Shown piece by piece: positions 48,067-57,023 of a DNA stretch of 64,000 nt. The translations under genes and the position numbers were made by a program. Origin of the DNA: Pseudomonadota bacterium (GTDB lineage Bacteria > Bdellovibrionota_B > Oligoflexia > Oligoflexales > CAIMVM01); NCBI GenBank assembly GCA_037142195.1, contig JBAXBA010000010.1, positions 2,580 to 66,579 on the forward strand, in the 5' to 3' direction. Within the stretch, counting starts at the first letter, position 1, and every line of letters starts with the position of its first letter. Below the pieces are notes generated by a model. That model ran no database searches and had not been told where the DNA came from. It saw only the letters and a list, made by a program, of their open reading frames with translations.

Positions 48067-49263
48067 TTAGCGAATTTCCATGGCACGCGGGTAGATCAAA
48101 TACGGGACAACTTTTTTTCTGTAATCGTCTATACCTTCGTACCAGAAGGAATCATTAGGGCTAAAATTTGAAGCCATTATTTTTTCATGGGCTTTTTTTG
48201 AGCCTAATATCAAATCAATCGGCAATGCCTCGAAATTATATTCGTATCCGGGGGCCTTCCATTTGAATTGGCCTTCACTTAGTTCAATAAATGTCTTGAG
48301 CAAGGCTAAGGATAGGCCATAGGAACGCATTTTTTCTGGTTCCGTAACATGTATCTGAATGCCTCCGCAAGATTCTCCGGCCCATTTGGAAGAGGTCGGC
48401 TGAAATCCACAAGGCCTAAGCACGATACCTTCACACACCTCAGGCCACCTAGAGGTCAAATAGTCTCTGACTTCATTACCATCTTTAATATAAGGGGCTC
48501 CTATAAATTGAAAAGGAAGGCCCGTTCCTCTCCCTTCAGAGATGTTTGTACCTTCAAACATCACAGTCCCCGGAAAAGTAAATACCCCATCTAGGTTCGG
48601 AAGATTAGGAGATGTGATAACCCAAGGCAAACCCGTATATCTATAATCTTTTGCAGGATCCCAACCTTTAAGAGAGACGATTTCCAAATTTGCACCTATT
48701 TCAGCATTCGCCCAAGCAGCAAACTCTCCCATGGTGAGTCCATGACGCATGGGAATCGGGCTCTGCCCGACAAATGAATACATATCTTGGTCCAAAAAAC
48801 GCCCTTCTAAGACGTTACCTTGTACCGGATTGGGACGATCTAAAATAACAACTTTTTTTCCGTACTCCTTGCAAGCTCTAAGGCACTCAGCTACGGACCA
48901 CTTGAATGTGTAGACTCGGCAGCCAGTAACTTGCAAGTCAATCACTAATGTATCCACATTTTCAAGCATATATTCAGGGGGACGCCGGGTCTCAGAATAG
49001 AGACTATAAACAGGTAAGCCACTGGGGCCGTGCTTAGCATGTTTTGTTTCGATCATATTATCTTGCACGGTGGCTTCAAACCCATGTTGAGGCCCAAACA
49101 AAGTAGTAAGACGACTACCAAATTTATTTTGCAAGATTTTCCAAGCAGGAGCATAGTCTGTATCTACACTAGCCTGGTTACAGAGCAAGCCCATCCGCCC
49201 CCATTGATTGCCCAAAGTCGAATGATTTCTAAGCTCGCTGAGTCCCGTCGTTACTCTCGACAT
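48067..49263 (-). CDS. DUF1343 family protein (NamZ/YbbC-type exo-beta-N-acetylmuramidase family)
   Basis: 398 aa. LLCNQASVD, LFGPQHGF and downstream conserved blocks are typical of DUF1343. Confidence 0.8.
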   Translation of the reverse strand: MSRVTTGLSELRNHSTLGNQWGRMGLLCNQASVDTDYAPAWKILQNKFGSRLTTLFGPQHGFEATVQDNMIETKHAKHGPSGLPVYSLYSETRRPPEYMLENVDTLVIDLQVTGCRVYTFKWSVAECLRACKEYGKKVVILDRPNPVQGNVLEGRFLDQDMYSFVGQSPIPMRHGLTMGEFAAWANAEIGANLEIVSLKGWDPAKDYRYTGLPWVITSPNLPNLDGVFTFPGTVMFEGTNISEGRGTGLPFQFIGAPYIKDGNEVRDYLTSRWPEVCEGIVLRPCGFQPTSSKWAGESCGGIQIHVTEPEKMRSYGLSLALLKTFIELSEGQFKWKAPGYEYNFEALPIDLILGSKKAHEKIMASNFSPNDSFWYEGIDDYRKKVVPYLIYPRAMEIR

Positions 49264-49271
49264 AATATCCC

Positions 49272-49508
49272 CTATGGACGCAAATTTGCGGCGTCAATTA
49301 AACTCTGTAAACAGCCTTCCAGTGTGGCTCCGTTCACGGGTTTTAGCTGTTGAGACTCATCGTTAGACAATTGGCCGTAGCCCATAAATCTGGAGTCACT
49401 GTATTCGTTAATCTCAAACTCAAAGCTTCTACCTTTGACCATAAACATAAAGTGATGACTTTTGAGCACTTGGGAGCCAGTTGGAATTTTTATTTTTGAC
49501 CAATCCAT
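49272..49508 (-). CDS. Small hypothetical protein (78 aa)
   Basis: ATG at 49508 is preceded by AAGGAG with a 9-nt spacer. The stop lies 8 nt before the DUF1343 gene start. I recognise no domain. Confidence 0.4.
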   Translation of the reverse strand: MDWSKIKIPTGSQVLKSHHFMFMVKGRSFEFEINEYSDSRFMGYGQLSNDESQQLKPVNGATLEGCLQSLIDAANLRP

Positions 49509-49576
49509 ACATCCATTCTCCTTTGGGTTCATTAGGATTTACCTATATTAGCAACTTACAGTACTTTGATATAGGT

Positions 49577-49987
49577 TTAGGAAAAAATGGACGTCGATAA
49601 GGGTTCCTCATCGTCGTCTTCACTAGAACTGCCATTAGAGGCAATAAAATCAAGCAACATTTGTTCGTGTTCAGATTTAATTTGGACTATTTTCACGGCT
49701 ATCCCCGGCGAAGAGTCTGCGGCATTGCTCGGATATACAGTTCTAGCCATTTTTCCATTAAAGAAAATAGTTTGAGTCGGAGTTAAAGTAAGCCAAATTT
49801 CCATAATGCTTGCTTGAGTAAATGGAAACCTACCCGGAGATTCAAAATCAAGAAAAAATCCATTTGGCGAAATATCTTTTGTAAGTAGATCGTAGCGAAC
49901 ATCTGCCCCAATAGACCCAATAACCACCTTTAAGGGATGATCGAGCTTAATGCGGCCTACTTTTCTGTTGTCCTTTTTAGAAGACAT
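49577..49987 (-). CDS. PilZ-domain (c-di-GMP-binding) protein
   Basis: RKVGR (RxxxR) and DISPNG (DxSxxG) occur at the canonical ~30-residue spacing. ATG at 49987 has AGGGG upstream. The C-terminal tail is acidic. Confidence 0.7.
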   Translation of the reverse strand: MSSKKDNRKVGRIKLDHPLKVVIGSIGADVRYDLLTKDISPNGFFLDFESPGRFPFTQASIMEIWLTLTPTQTIFFNGKMARTVYPSNAADSSPGIAVKIVQIKSEHEQMLLDFIASNGSSSEDDDEEPLSTSIFS

Positions 49988-50103
49988 AATACCCCTCACT
50001 CAAAGCTACACCCAAAGTCGCTGGGTCAAAATTTAGCCGGCTTCCAAATTAGTTTAATGCCCATAGGATTGTGAATGCATTAAAGAAGTCGCAAACTTTG
50101 CCA

Positions 50104-50128
50104 TAAAAAAGCTGGCTCTCGCCAGCTC
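50104..50128 (-). terminator. Rho-independent terminator after the DsbA-like gene
   Basis: On the minus strand AGCTGGC-GAGA-GCCAGCT forms a 7-bp stem followed by TTTTTTAT. Confidence 0.75.
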
Positions 50129-50172
50129 TTAGTTTATTACATTTCCAAAGATATAGAAACAGTCCGCGGGGA

Positions 50173-51219
50173 TTATCTTTTCTTGGCTAAAGCGACGTCT
50201 ATGACTCGCTTAAACTCGCTATAGGGTAAAGCGCCAGAAAGTCTCACTCCGTTGATAAAATAGGCAGGTGTTCCATTGACACCTAGCTTGGAACCAGAGT
50301 CCATGTTTTCTTTAATTTTACCCAATATGTCGCCTGGGTCTTTGACGCACTTATTAAATTTATCCATGTTCAATTTTATGGCTTTTGCATGATTCACAAA
50401 ATCTTCATCACCTAAGTTTTGTTGATTTTCAAACAATTTTTCATACATATTCCAATATTTTCCCTGAGCTGCAGCACATTTTGCTGCTATAGCGGCGGGA
50501 CGAGCTCTCGCGTGGAATGGCAGTGGGTAATCTCGGACAACCCAACGGATTTTACCCTTATATTCGGCTTGAATCTTCTTGGCATCTGGAACCACCCTGG
50601 AACAGAAGGGACACTCAAATTCTGAATACTCGACCACAGTGATAGGGCAATCTTCCCCCTTACATCCACTAGGATTTATATCATCAGCACTTGGTCCATA
50701 CTTAACCACATCACCCGCGTTTAGAGGCACTTCATAAGTAGGCTCTACCGGTTCTGAATACATGACCACCAGTTCACCTGACTTCCGCGCTTTAGCGATA
50801 AGGCCCTGCATAGCTTCATTGCTTGCTGTCCCCTCTAAATATTCACGAATTTGCTTTTTTTGCTCATCAGGAGGTAGTTTTGAAAGTTGAGGATGATCTT
50901 TAAATTTAGCAAGGGTTTCTTTCACTTTGCTGTCAGAAACTTTAGAAGCCGCCGTCATAAAGTCATTTTTAGCTTTTTCAGGGGTCGTCTTTTTGTCTTT
51001 TGCCACTTTTTCCCAGTAAGCTTTAAAAAATTGCTCCTGAGCTATTCGCTCAATAAGCTCATATTTCTTCTTTTCCAAATCAAAGAATTCTCCTTGATTC
51101 TCTTTAGCCACTTCAAGCACTGAAGTTGTTTTGCCATAAATCTTAAAGGCCGAAGTGGAATCCGCCCTGGCATTTACGGAAAACAAACTTAAAAGCATAA
51201 AAACAGCACTTAATTTCAT
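50173..51219 (-). CDS. Periplasmic DsbA-family thiol:disulfide oxidoreductase with an N-terminal helical extension
   Basis: Has a signal peptide and the thioredoxin-fold active site EFECPFCSRV. The C-terminal GTPAYFINGVRLSGA is typical of DsbA-like proteins. Confidence 0.8.
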   Translation of the reverse strand: MKLSAVFMLLSLFSVNARADSTSAFKIYGKTTSVLEVAKENQGEFFDLEKKKYELIERIAQEQFFKAYWEKVAKDKKTTPEKAKNDFMTAASKVSDSKVKETLAKFKDHPQLSKLPPDEQKKQIREYLEGTASNEAMQGLIAKARKSGELVVMYSEPVEPTYEVPLNAGDVVKYGPSADDINPSGCKGEDCPITVVEYSEFECPFCSRVVPDAKKIQAEYKGKIRWVVRDYPLPFHARARPAAIAAKCAAAQGKYWNMYEKLFENQQNLGDEDFVNHAKAIKLNMDKFNKCVKDPGDILGKIKENMDSGSKLGVNGTPAYFINGVRLSGALPYSEFKRVIDVALAKKR

Positions 51220-51403
51220 AGTGACTCCTTAAAGTGAATGGCTCTAAACTACTCATAGAGTATTAGAACACGATGAGATCATCTCATTAAGAGCTTCCAT
51301 TATACGCAATCTCGCCCAAAAGCCTAGATGTTCCCTTCGGTTTTTCTTGGATAGTTTGATGATTTTAGTTTAAAATCAAGGATTGCATCAGAAAAGGGCT
51401 ATT

Positions 51404-51949
51404 ATGGGCAAAAATCACATCGTATGGATGGATCTTGAAATGACAGGACTAGATCCTGCAAAAGATAAGATCATCGAAATCGCAACCATTGTGACCGACG
51501 CAGACTTAAAAATAATAGACAGGGGGCCTTGTTTTATTATTGGTCAATCCAGCTCAACCTTTGATTTGATGGATAAGTGGAACCAGGAGCATCACACAAA
51601 ATCGGGCTTGTGGCAAAAAGTTGTGGAAAGCTCAATCACCATTGAAGCTGCAGAAAAAGAAACCCTTGATTTTCTTAAAAAACATGTCAAGCCTGGGAAA
51701 TCTCCCCTAGCTGGAAATAGCATCTGGCAAGACAGACGCTTTATTGCCGCGCATATGCCCAGCCTCGATCAATTTTTACACTACCGCCTGATTGATGTAA
51801 GTACTCTAAAAGAACTTTCTAAACGATGGTTTCCCAAGCAAAAACCTTGGGAAAAACAAAACTCACATCGCGCTTTAGATGATATTGAAGAAAGCATTAA
51901 TGAACTGCTTCACTATCGAGAGACCTTATTTATTAAACCTAAGGAATGA
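51404..51949 (+). CDS. orn: Oligoribonuclease
   Basis: 181 aa from ATG 51404. Has the DEDDh motifs WMDLEMTGLDP and HRALDDIEESI. The ORF-track TTG at 51383 is less likely. Confidence 0.93.
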   Translation: MGKNHIVWMDLEMTGLDPAKDKIIEIATIVTDADLKIIDRGPCFIIGQSSSTFDLMDKWNQEHHTKSGLWQKVVESSITIEAAEKETLDFLKKHVKPGKSPLAGNSIWQDRRFIAAHMPSLDQFLHYRLIDVSTLKELSKRWFPKQKPWEKQNSHRALDDIEESINELLHYRETLFIKPKE

Positions 51950-52599
51950 AGGTTTCCCGGTTTCAGCACAAAGACATTGCGGTATGGCTCACAAAAGAGG
52001 ATCCATCTGCACTATACAAATATTTGATTCCAAGTCAGAAGTTATTTGCAGACTCTATAAAACTTGAAAAGAAACGTAGCGATTTTTTAAGGTCGCGAGC
52101 GCTGCTAAACTATGCGACTGGAACCATGGGCTCCTATAACTTCCAAGAGTCTCAGCTCCAAATGCATGGTGACTTTTATGTCTCCTTATCCCATAAAGAT
52201 CCCTACGCAGCTGCATCTGTCAGCTTGGTGCCTCAGCACCTGGGTGTTGATATAGAAGGCTTCAAACCACTGACTTCGAACTTCCGGAATAAAGTACTCT
52301 CGTTAAGAGAATGTCAAAACTTCTCAGAAACCCATTTGCCGACAGTGATTGCTTTTTCCTTTAAAGAGTCCGTCTATAAAGCTCTTAATCCCACCTACCC
52401 CCAAGTAAAGTATTTTCATCAATGTGAAATTGCAAGTTTCCTAAACAATGTCCTTACAGCCCAAGTAACCCTTAGAGACCCCACCTCGGAAACTATCACC
52501 CAGCAACTCTCCATATCTGGCTACATTTGGATCCTAGAAAGTCATTCCGCCCGCTATGCGGTGTCCATCGCCTATTGCTTAAAAAATAGCTGGCATTGA
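51946..52599 (+). CDS. 4'-phosphopantetheinyl transferase (Sfp/EntD-type)
   Basis: Has HLGVDIEGFK and FSFKESVYKAL, the PPTase motifs (V/I)G(V/I)D and (F/W)(S/C/T)xKE. ATGA overlap with orn. Confidence 0.8.
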   Translation: MKVSRFQHKDIAVWLTKEDPSALYKYLIPSQKLFADSIKLEKKRSDFLRSRALLNYATGTMGSYNFQESQLQMHGDFYVSLSHKDPYAAASVSLVPQHLGVDIEGFKPLTSNFRNKVLSLRECQNFSETHLPTVIAFSFKESVYKALNPTYPQVKYFHQCEIASFLNNVLTAQVTLRDPTSETITQQLSISGYIWILESHSARYAVSIAYCLKNSWH

Positions 52600-52625
52600 T
52601 TTTTAGGTCTTCACTTTGATAGAAT
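52596..52625 (+). promoter_or_regulatory. Candidate sigma-70 promoter with extended -10
   Basis: TTGATT (52596-52601), an 18-nt spacer ending in TG (52617-52618), then TAGAAT (52620-52625). It overlaps the PPTase stop codon. Confidence 0.45.
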
Positions 52626-52631
52626 ATCAAC

Positions 52632-52799
52632 TATGAGCAGGATTTGCCTGCTCGGGCTATAAGCCCCTGAAAGGAGGTGATGCTAGGTGAGTTGTACCAC
52701 TTGTGACCAAGCACCTGGTAGCATGGAGGTTGGGATCGGTTAAATCCAGTCCTAGCGCCCTAAGCTGCCGCCCGCCACCTCCAAGTGCGCGGGTTTTTT
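52632..52799 (+). ncRNA. Unclassified structured small transcript (sRNA and/or mini-ORF mRNA)
   Basis: Bounded by the promoter above and by a GC stem (52771-75 with 52789-93) plus T6. Internal hairpins are 52636-52652, 52654-52666, and 52680-89 paired with 52711-23. It also contains AAAGGAGGTGAT, an 18-codon ORF at 52687-52743 and a CACCTCC anti-SD mimic at 52776-82. I recognise no Rfam family. Confidence 0.4.
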
Positions 52800-52925
52800 A
52801 CGTCTAGCTTCTAGACAGGACCTCTGCGATTCACACACTTTGTGCCACCAATACCCTCAAAAACATTGGGCTTTTTATGGCTTAGATCTTGCTTTATAGG
52901 TCTCGGTATTCACTGGGGAGACTAC

Positions 52926-53816
52926 ATGGCTGGCCTTAAAAGATTCCAATTGCTCCTATTCGCAGCGTTCCTTGCTAGCTCTCAAAGTTTTGCCGAACGC
53001 ATCAGTGCGACCAGCATGAATGAAATTTTAAGCTCTGCTTCCATGAAGTCTCGAGAAGGCAGAAAAATTGAACTATTTACCGATTCAACTCCGAACACAT
53101 CGTTTCCTATCGTCATTAATGGCACCAGCCATGGCAACGAAAAACTCTCACGTGAATTTGTTCTGTGGCTCAAGGACCGATATCAAAAGAATATCGGGAA
53201 GATTTCTCAAACCGGACTCCCCATTCGTCTAGACTTTATCCCCACTTTAAATCCCGATGGGTATACTAGAGGAACAAGACTGAATGCTCATGATGTCAAT
53301 CTCAATAGAAATTTTCCAGTACTTTGGGGATTTTCGAGGGAGAACCCAGGTTCTGCACCTTTTAGCGAACCTGAAACCAGATCTCTTAAAAAACTATTTG
53401 ATATGAAAAAGTACAAATTAGCCCTAGATGTTCATGGCTATACAAATTGGGTTGTGATTCCTTCAGCACCAGGAATGATTTACAAGTCAAAATCGTCTTC
53501 CTTGATGAAATCTGTTTGGAAAGAATGGGGAAATAGCATTAGAAGTGCCGTTGAAACTCTACTTCCTGAATACGAAGTCAAATCGGCCGGATCCCTTGGA
53601 GATGGCGGTGCATTTGAAGATTGGGCATTTTGGGACGCAAGGTCATGGTCTTCTTGCCTCGAGCTTCAGGGTATCAATAAATCGCTAGAAGAAATGTCCC
53701 TTACCGAAACCCAACAAACAATCACTTCATTTGAACGTTACGAAACCTTTATCGTAGAAGTCATAAAAAAAGCATACCAACTTGAACAAAACAAAGTCCT
53801 ACTTTCTGACATGTAG
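52926..53816 (+). CDS. Secreted M14 family zinc carboxypeptidase
   Basis: Start at ATG 52926 (GGGGAG 5 nt upstream) gives the signal peptide MAGLKRFQLLLFAAFLASSQSFA. The zinc ligands are GTSHGNEKLS (HxxE) and LALDVHGYTNW. Confidence 0.85.
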   Translation: MAGLKRFQLLLFAAFLASSQSFAERISATSMNEILSSASMKSREGRKIELFTDSTPNTSFPIVINGTSHGNEKLSREFVLWLKDRYQKNIGKISQTGLPIRLDFIPTLNPDGYTRGTRLNAHDVNLNRNFPVLWGFSRENPGSAPFSEPETRSLKKLFDMKKYKLALDVHGYTNWVVIPSAPGMIYKSKSSSLMKSVWKEWGNSIRSAVETLLPEYEVKSAGSLGDGGAFEDWAFWDARSWSSCLELQGINKSLEEMSLTETQQTITSFERYETFIVEVIKKAYQLEQNKVLLSDM

Positions 53817-53863
53817 AGAAGCCAAAAAACTACGCTAAACATTTAATGATGCCGCGTAGTTCC

Positions 53864-53891
53864 CAAAAAATGAGGTCACTTACTGACCTCA
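53864..53891 (-). terminator. Rho-independent terminator after the 420-aa gene
   Basis: On the minus strand TGAGGTCA-GTAAG-TGACCTCA forms an 8-bp stem followed by TTTTTTGGG. Confidence 0.7.
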
Positions 53892-53911
53892 CCCCATTTC
53901 AAGTCATAGAA

Positions 53912-55174
53912 TTAACGCTGACGCTTTTCTTGATTTCTTACATATTCCAGAAAGTGTGCATTATCTTCCATGATTTTATTGTAGTTACTTCGTCCTTGTT
54001 TCGACTTCGGATTATAGTTTTGCTTATTATTGTTGTTAAAACCAGGGTTACTTCTGCCATTCCCAGAATTAGATCCGTTGTGTGCTGTATTTCCCGTGTG
54101 AGTTTTCATGGCGGCTTTCCTCTCGACGAGTTCCCATGCCCTTACAACACATCCTTCGGTTACCAGCTCGCATGCCAATTCGTCAACGGAAAGACCTTCT
54201 GAACGAGAAAGCTCTTTGAGCTTACGGTAGAGGCTTCCTGAAATCTTGATTTCTAAATAATTATCTTGGTTAAAGCTGCCAAAGTTAGAATTACCGCCCT
54301 GCTTTTGATTTTGGAAGGACCCATCATTTCTTTGTCCTTGTACTTTCATCTGACTTGACTGAGAGGGAGCAAAATTCGATTCTTGCCCATTACGATCTTG
54401 GCGATGATTGCCATTGCGATTGTAATTTTGCGCCTCATTACGAGCCTCTGATGAGCGACCTGCGTCATTTTGTCTCGGAGGCGCCATTTGTCTCTCATTA
54501 TCACGAGAAACTGGTGGAATTTGGCTATCAGGTGAAGAGGACAAGGAGGAGTTAGATAGATTTCTTTCTTTGGAAACTTCACCTGAATTCCCTGGAGAAG
54601 CTGTCTGAACTCCTGGCAAGTTGGGACTAGGGCTCTCTTTTTTAGCCCCTAATTTAACCCCTAAATTTTCGCCTGTTGCTAGGTCCGATTTTATTGAACG
54701 AGGGGAAGCAGGACTCATGTCAGTCTTACTTCTTCCATGATCGACCGCAGATGGTTTTGAACTCATTTCCGAAGGGGAACTCCATTTCTTTTCAGGCGCC
54801 AAATCAGCTTTTTCCTCAGTTTTTTTAGCTACCTGAAGTCCTGACGCAACTTTCTCAGGGGTTTCCCGAAGATCCTGTTCCGTCTGTTTCGACTTCACGG
54901 TTGCAGACTTTTTAGCCTTCGTTTCTGCAAGACTCCCATGGTCTTGCAAGGAACTGGCTTTGACTTCAGTATTTGCAAGACTTGGACTACTTTTAGATTT
55001 AGGCGCTGGCTTTACTTTTTCAGGGGAAGCTGTTTTCTTTGCAGCAGCCAACTTGGGCGCTGAGGCCTTAGGTCGTGACTTACTTGCAGCTGAAAGGGAA
55101 CTTGACTTCTTTGATGCGGAAACATCTTTACTCGACAATGAATACCTCGACATAGGTGAATGGAAACAGATCAA
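53912..55174 (-). CDS. Low-complexity basic protein with an embedded ribbon-helix-helix-like segment
   Basis: 420 aa. About 300 aa are S/K/P/A-rich, then N/Q-rich. Next comes YLEIKISGSLYRKLKELSRSEGLSVDELACELVTEG, a beta-alpha-alpha pattern typical of RHH/CopG, followed by an N/G/Q-rich tail. The start is ambiguous between TTG 55174 and ATG 55153. Confidence 0.6.
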   Translation of the reverse strand: MICFHSPMSRYSLSSKDVSASKKSSSLSAASKSRPKASAPKLAAAKKTASPEKVKPAPKSKSSPSLANTEVKASSLQDHGSLAETKAKKSATVKSKQTEQDLRETPEKVASGLQVAKKTEEKADLAPEKKWSSPSEMSSKPSAVDHGRSKTDMSPASPRSIKSDLATGENLGVKLGAKKESPSPNLPGVQTASPGNSGEVSKERNLSNSSLSSSPDSQIPPVSRDNERQMAPPRQNDAGRSSEARNEAQNYNRNGNHRQDRNGQESNFAPSQSSQMKVQGQRNDGSFQNQKQGGNSNFGSFNQDNYLEIKISGSLYRKLKELSRSEGLSVDELACELVTEGCVVRAWELVERKAAMKTHTGNTAHNGSNSGNGRSNPGFNNNNKQNYNPKSKQGRSNYNKIMEDNAHFLEYVRNQEKRQR

Positions 55175-55668
55175 ATTTTAGTTATAAGACCTTGTTTTTG
55201 TGATGCCATGATCAGTTTGTGTGGCGCTTAAGCGCAGCGTGCTCAAAGACATGAGCTTGTTCCTACCATCATATAAAATCGACTGTCGCGTCAAGCTAAA
55301 ACTTGGATCGGGCCCCAAAAAGGCCCATTTAGAAACGCAATACCCCAGAACAATTGAAATTTCTTGGCAATATCAAATAGCCCACAACTTTTCAGGTGCC
55401 CTAGCAAAATAATTGTCGAAATGTGATGCCGACACCTTGCTACCTGAAATATCGAATAGAGCGAAAATTCAAGAGAAGACACAAAATTAGAGAAAATATG
55501 CTCGCGATAGAAAATACTGCCGCTTGGGGGCCGACAAATACGACTCGCTATGGGGGGGGCTAGCCCGCTTCGAAAGTAAATGAGCTCATTACAAGTGGGC
55601 AAGAGATGCCATTAGGTCTCAAATAAAGAATGATAGAATACAGCTAGACTTATTGAGGCGCTGTTTGC

Positions 55669-56907
55669 ATGAACCTTCACCTAAATATCACATGGTTTCT
55701 TTGCACATTTTTTTTTGGGAATTACGTCGCCAAAGGAGCCCCTCTCCGGATCGGAGTCGAACAGTCTAACTTACAAAGAACGAGTCCGTATTTCACTAAT
55801 ATAGTCGGTTGCAGTCTCTCAGATGCAATTAAAGGGAACAAAAATAGTTACCCACAAAAAACTTCAAAAGTATGGGACATAGATCTTGAGAGTATTTCCT
55901 TTCAGAACGGAACTGAGCTCACCGATGAGCAGGTGAAAAGCTCCCTCGCCCAAGCTAGCCCCATAGAAAGAGCTTTTCTATTTTCAACAAATTATGGGAA
56001 GAACAATCTGCATGTGACCTTTACCCTCCCCATTAGTGATCCAAAACTCTACTTAAAATGGCGACTCATAGCTCAGAAGCCTTCCCTGTATTGTGGCAAC
56101 TGGACTACTTCAAAAGACAAGTCGGCGCAGATTTCCCTTGAAAAAGAGGGGCAGCACATTCTCCTGGAAGGCGAAAGCAAGGAAGTGGGTCTAGAACGCC
56201 TAAAGAAAAATGAGATTGATATTTTTATCCCAGAAACGTGGACTCAAATTGAGCCCTTTTTAAGAAAAAATCCGCAAGTAAAACCTTTCTTTTCTAAACA
56301 AGCGAAAAATCTCTACATTCATTTGAATCCTAGTAAAATCAATCGTCTCGCCCAAAGACAATCCCTATTTGAGTCTTTAAGAAGACTCGATCTTCCTTTT
56401 CCATTTTCCAAACTACCGAAAGCCCGATCCTCAAAAATAAATCCATCTTCAAAAATTGACTCAGACTTTACACTCGGCGTGCCCGCCGACGTCCATTGGC
56501 TTGAAGCAGCAAAGCAAGCAACGGCAAGTCTTTTAGTCTATTTCAAAAAGCCCGTAATTAAGGTTTTAGATCGAGAAAGCCTATTTGCTGAGATCAAGTC
56601 AGGTAAGCTTGACGCTTGGGTGAACGACGAAGAGCTTGGCTACATGACCTATCACTCCCAAGTTTCTCCAAATTTATATGGACCGTCTGGATTTTCCAAT
56701 CCCACTTTAGATAATCTCATCGAGCGAGCTCAGCTTCCAGATGGCGCTCCCGCATCTGACGAGTTAGTTGAAGTATTGAACTCCAACGGGATCATGATGA
56801 AGTTGGCATCTATTGAAATCATCGCCCTAATCTCAGAAAAATACAGAGATCCTGACATGAGTGATGAAAAGCTTACAAATTTACTACAGAAATTCGGCCG
56901 GCAGTAA
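55669..56907 (+). CDS. Secreted protein, distantly family-5 solute-binding-protein-like
   Basis: Has a signal peptide. LRIGVEQ..., ...ISFQNGTELTDEQVKSSL and KSGKLDAWVND are spaced as in SBP_bac_5 proteins, but the protein is shorter (412 aa). The call is weak. Confidence 0.4.
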   Translation: MNLHLNITWFLCTFFFGNYVAKGAPLRIGVEQSNLQRTSPYFTNIVGCSLSDAIKGNKNSYPQKTSKVWDIDLESISFQNGTELTDEQVKSSLAQASPIERAFLFSTNYGKNNLHVTFTLPISDPKLYLKWRLIAQKPSLYCGNWTTSKDKSAQISLEKEGQHILLEGESKEVGLERLKKNEIDIFIPETWTQIEPFLRKNPQVKPFFSKQAKNLYIHLNPSKINRLAQRQSLFESLRRLDLPFPFSKLPKARSSKINPSSKIDSDFTLGVPADVHWLEAAKQATASLLVYFKKPVIKVLDRESLFAEIKSGKLDAWVNDEELGYMTYHSQVSPNLYGPSGFSNPTLDNLIERAQLPDGAPASDELVEVLNSNGIMMKLASIEIIALISEKYRDPDMSDEKLTNLLQKFGRQ

Positions 56908-57023
56908 GCGCCCCCCTAACCAACAAAACGACAAAAAAACAACAGGCCTTTATTAGGGGCGCTGTTGTTTAAAGATCACAGGGATGAGGTCAGTATCTCA
57001 CGACACGAACCTTATGCTAAATC

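Noticed and set aside
47841-48171. ORFs 47841-48158 (+), 47923-48171 (+) and 47820-48005 (-) in the convergent spacer
   Set aside because: They overlap one another and the 3' end of the DUF1343 gene, and have no start context or similarity.
52633-52662. A 9-codon ORF (MSRICLLGL) starting at the predicted transcript 5' end
   Set aside because: It is too short, has no SD and overlaps a strong hairpin. It is mentioned only as a possible leaderless peptide and is not supportable.
52632-52799. Whether the structured element is SRP RNA, tmRNA, 5S rRNA, 6S RNA, RNase P RNA or a known riboswitch
   Set aside because: It lacks the SRP GGAAGCAGC domain-IV core. There is no tRNA-like acceptor/T-arm pairing or G3-U70 for tmRNA, despite a CCGCCACCTCCA-like 3' end. 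It resembles 5S loop E (GGTAGC) only weakly. It is too short for RNase P. No riboswitch core I know is present. A 6S-like rod cannot be excluded, so it is kept as unclassified.
55221-55602. ORFs 55221-55412 (+) and 55291-55602 (-) in the 494-bp spacer
   Set aside because: They are mutually overlapping with no SDs and odd composition. This is probably promoter or leader DNA for the flanking divergent genes.
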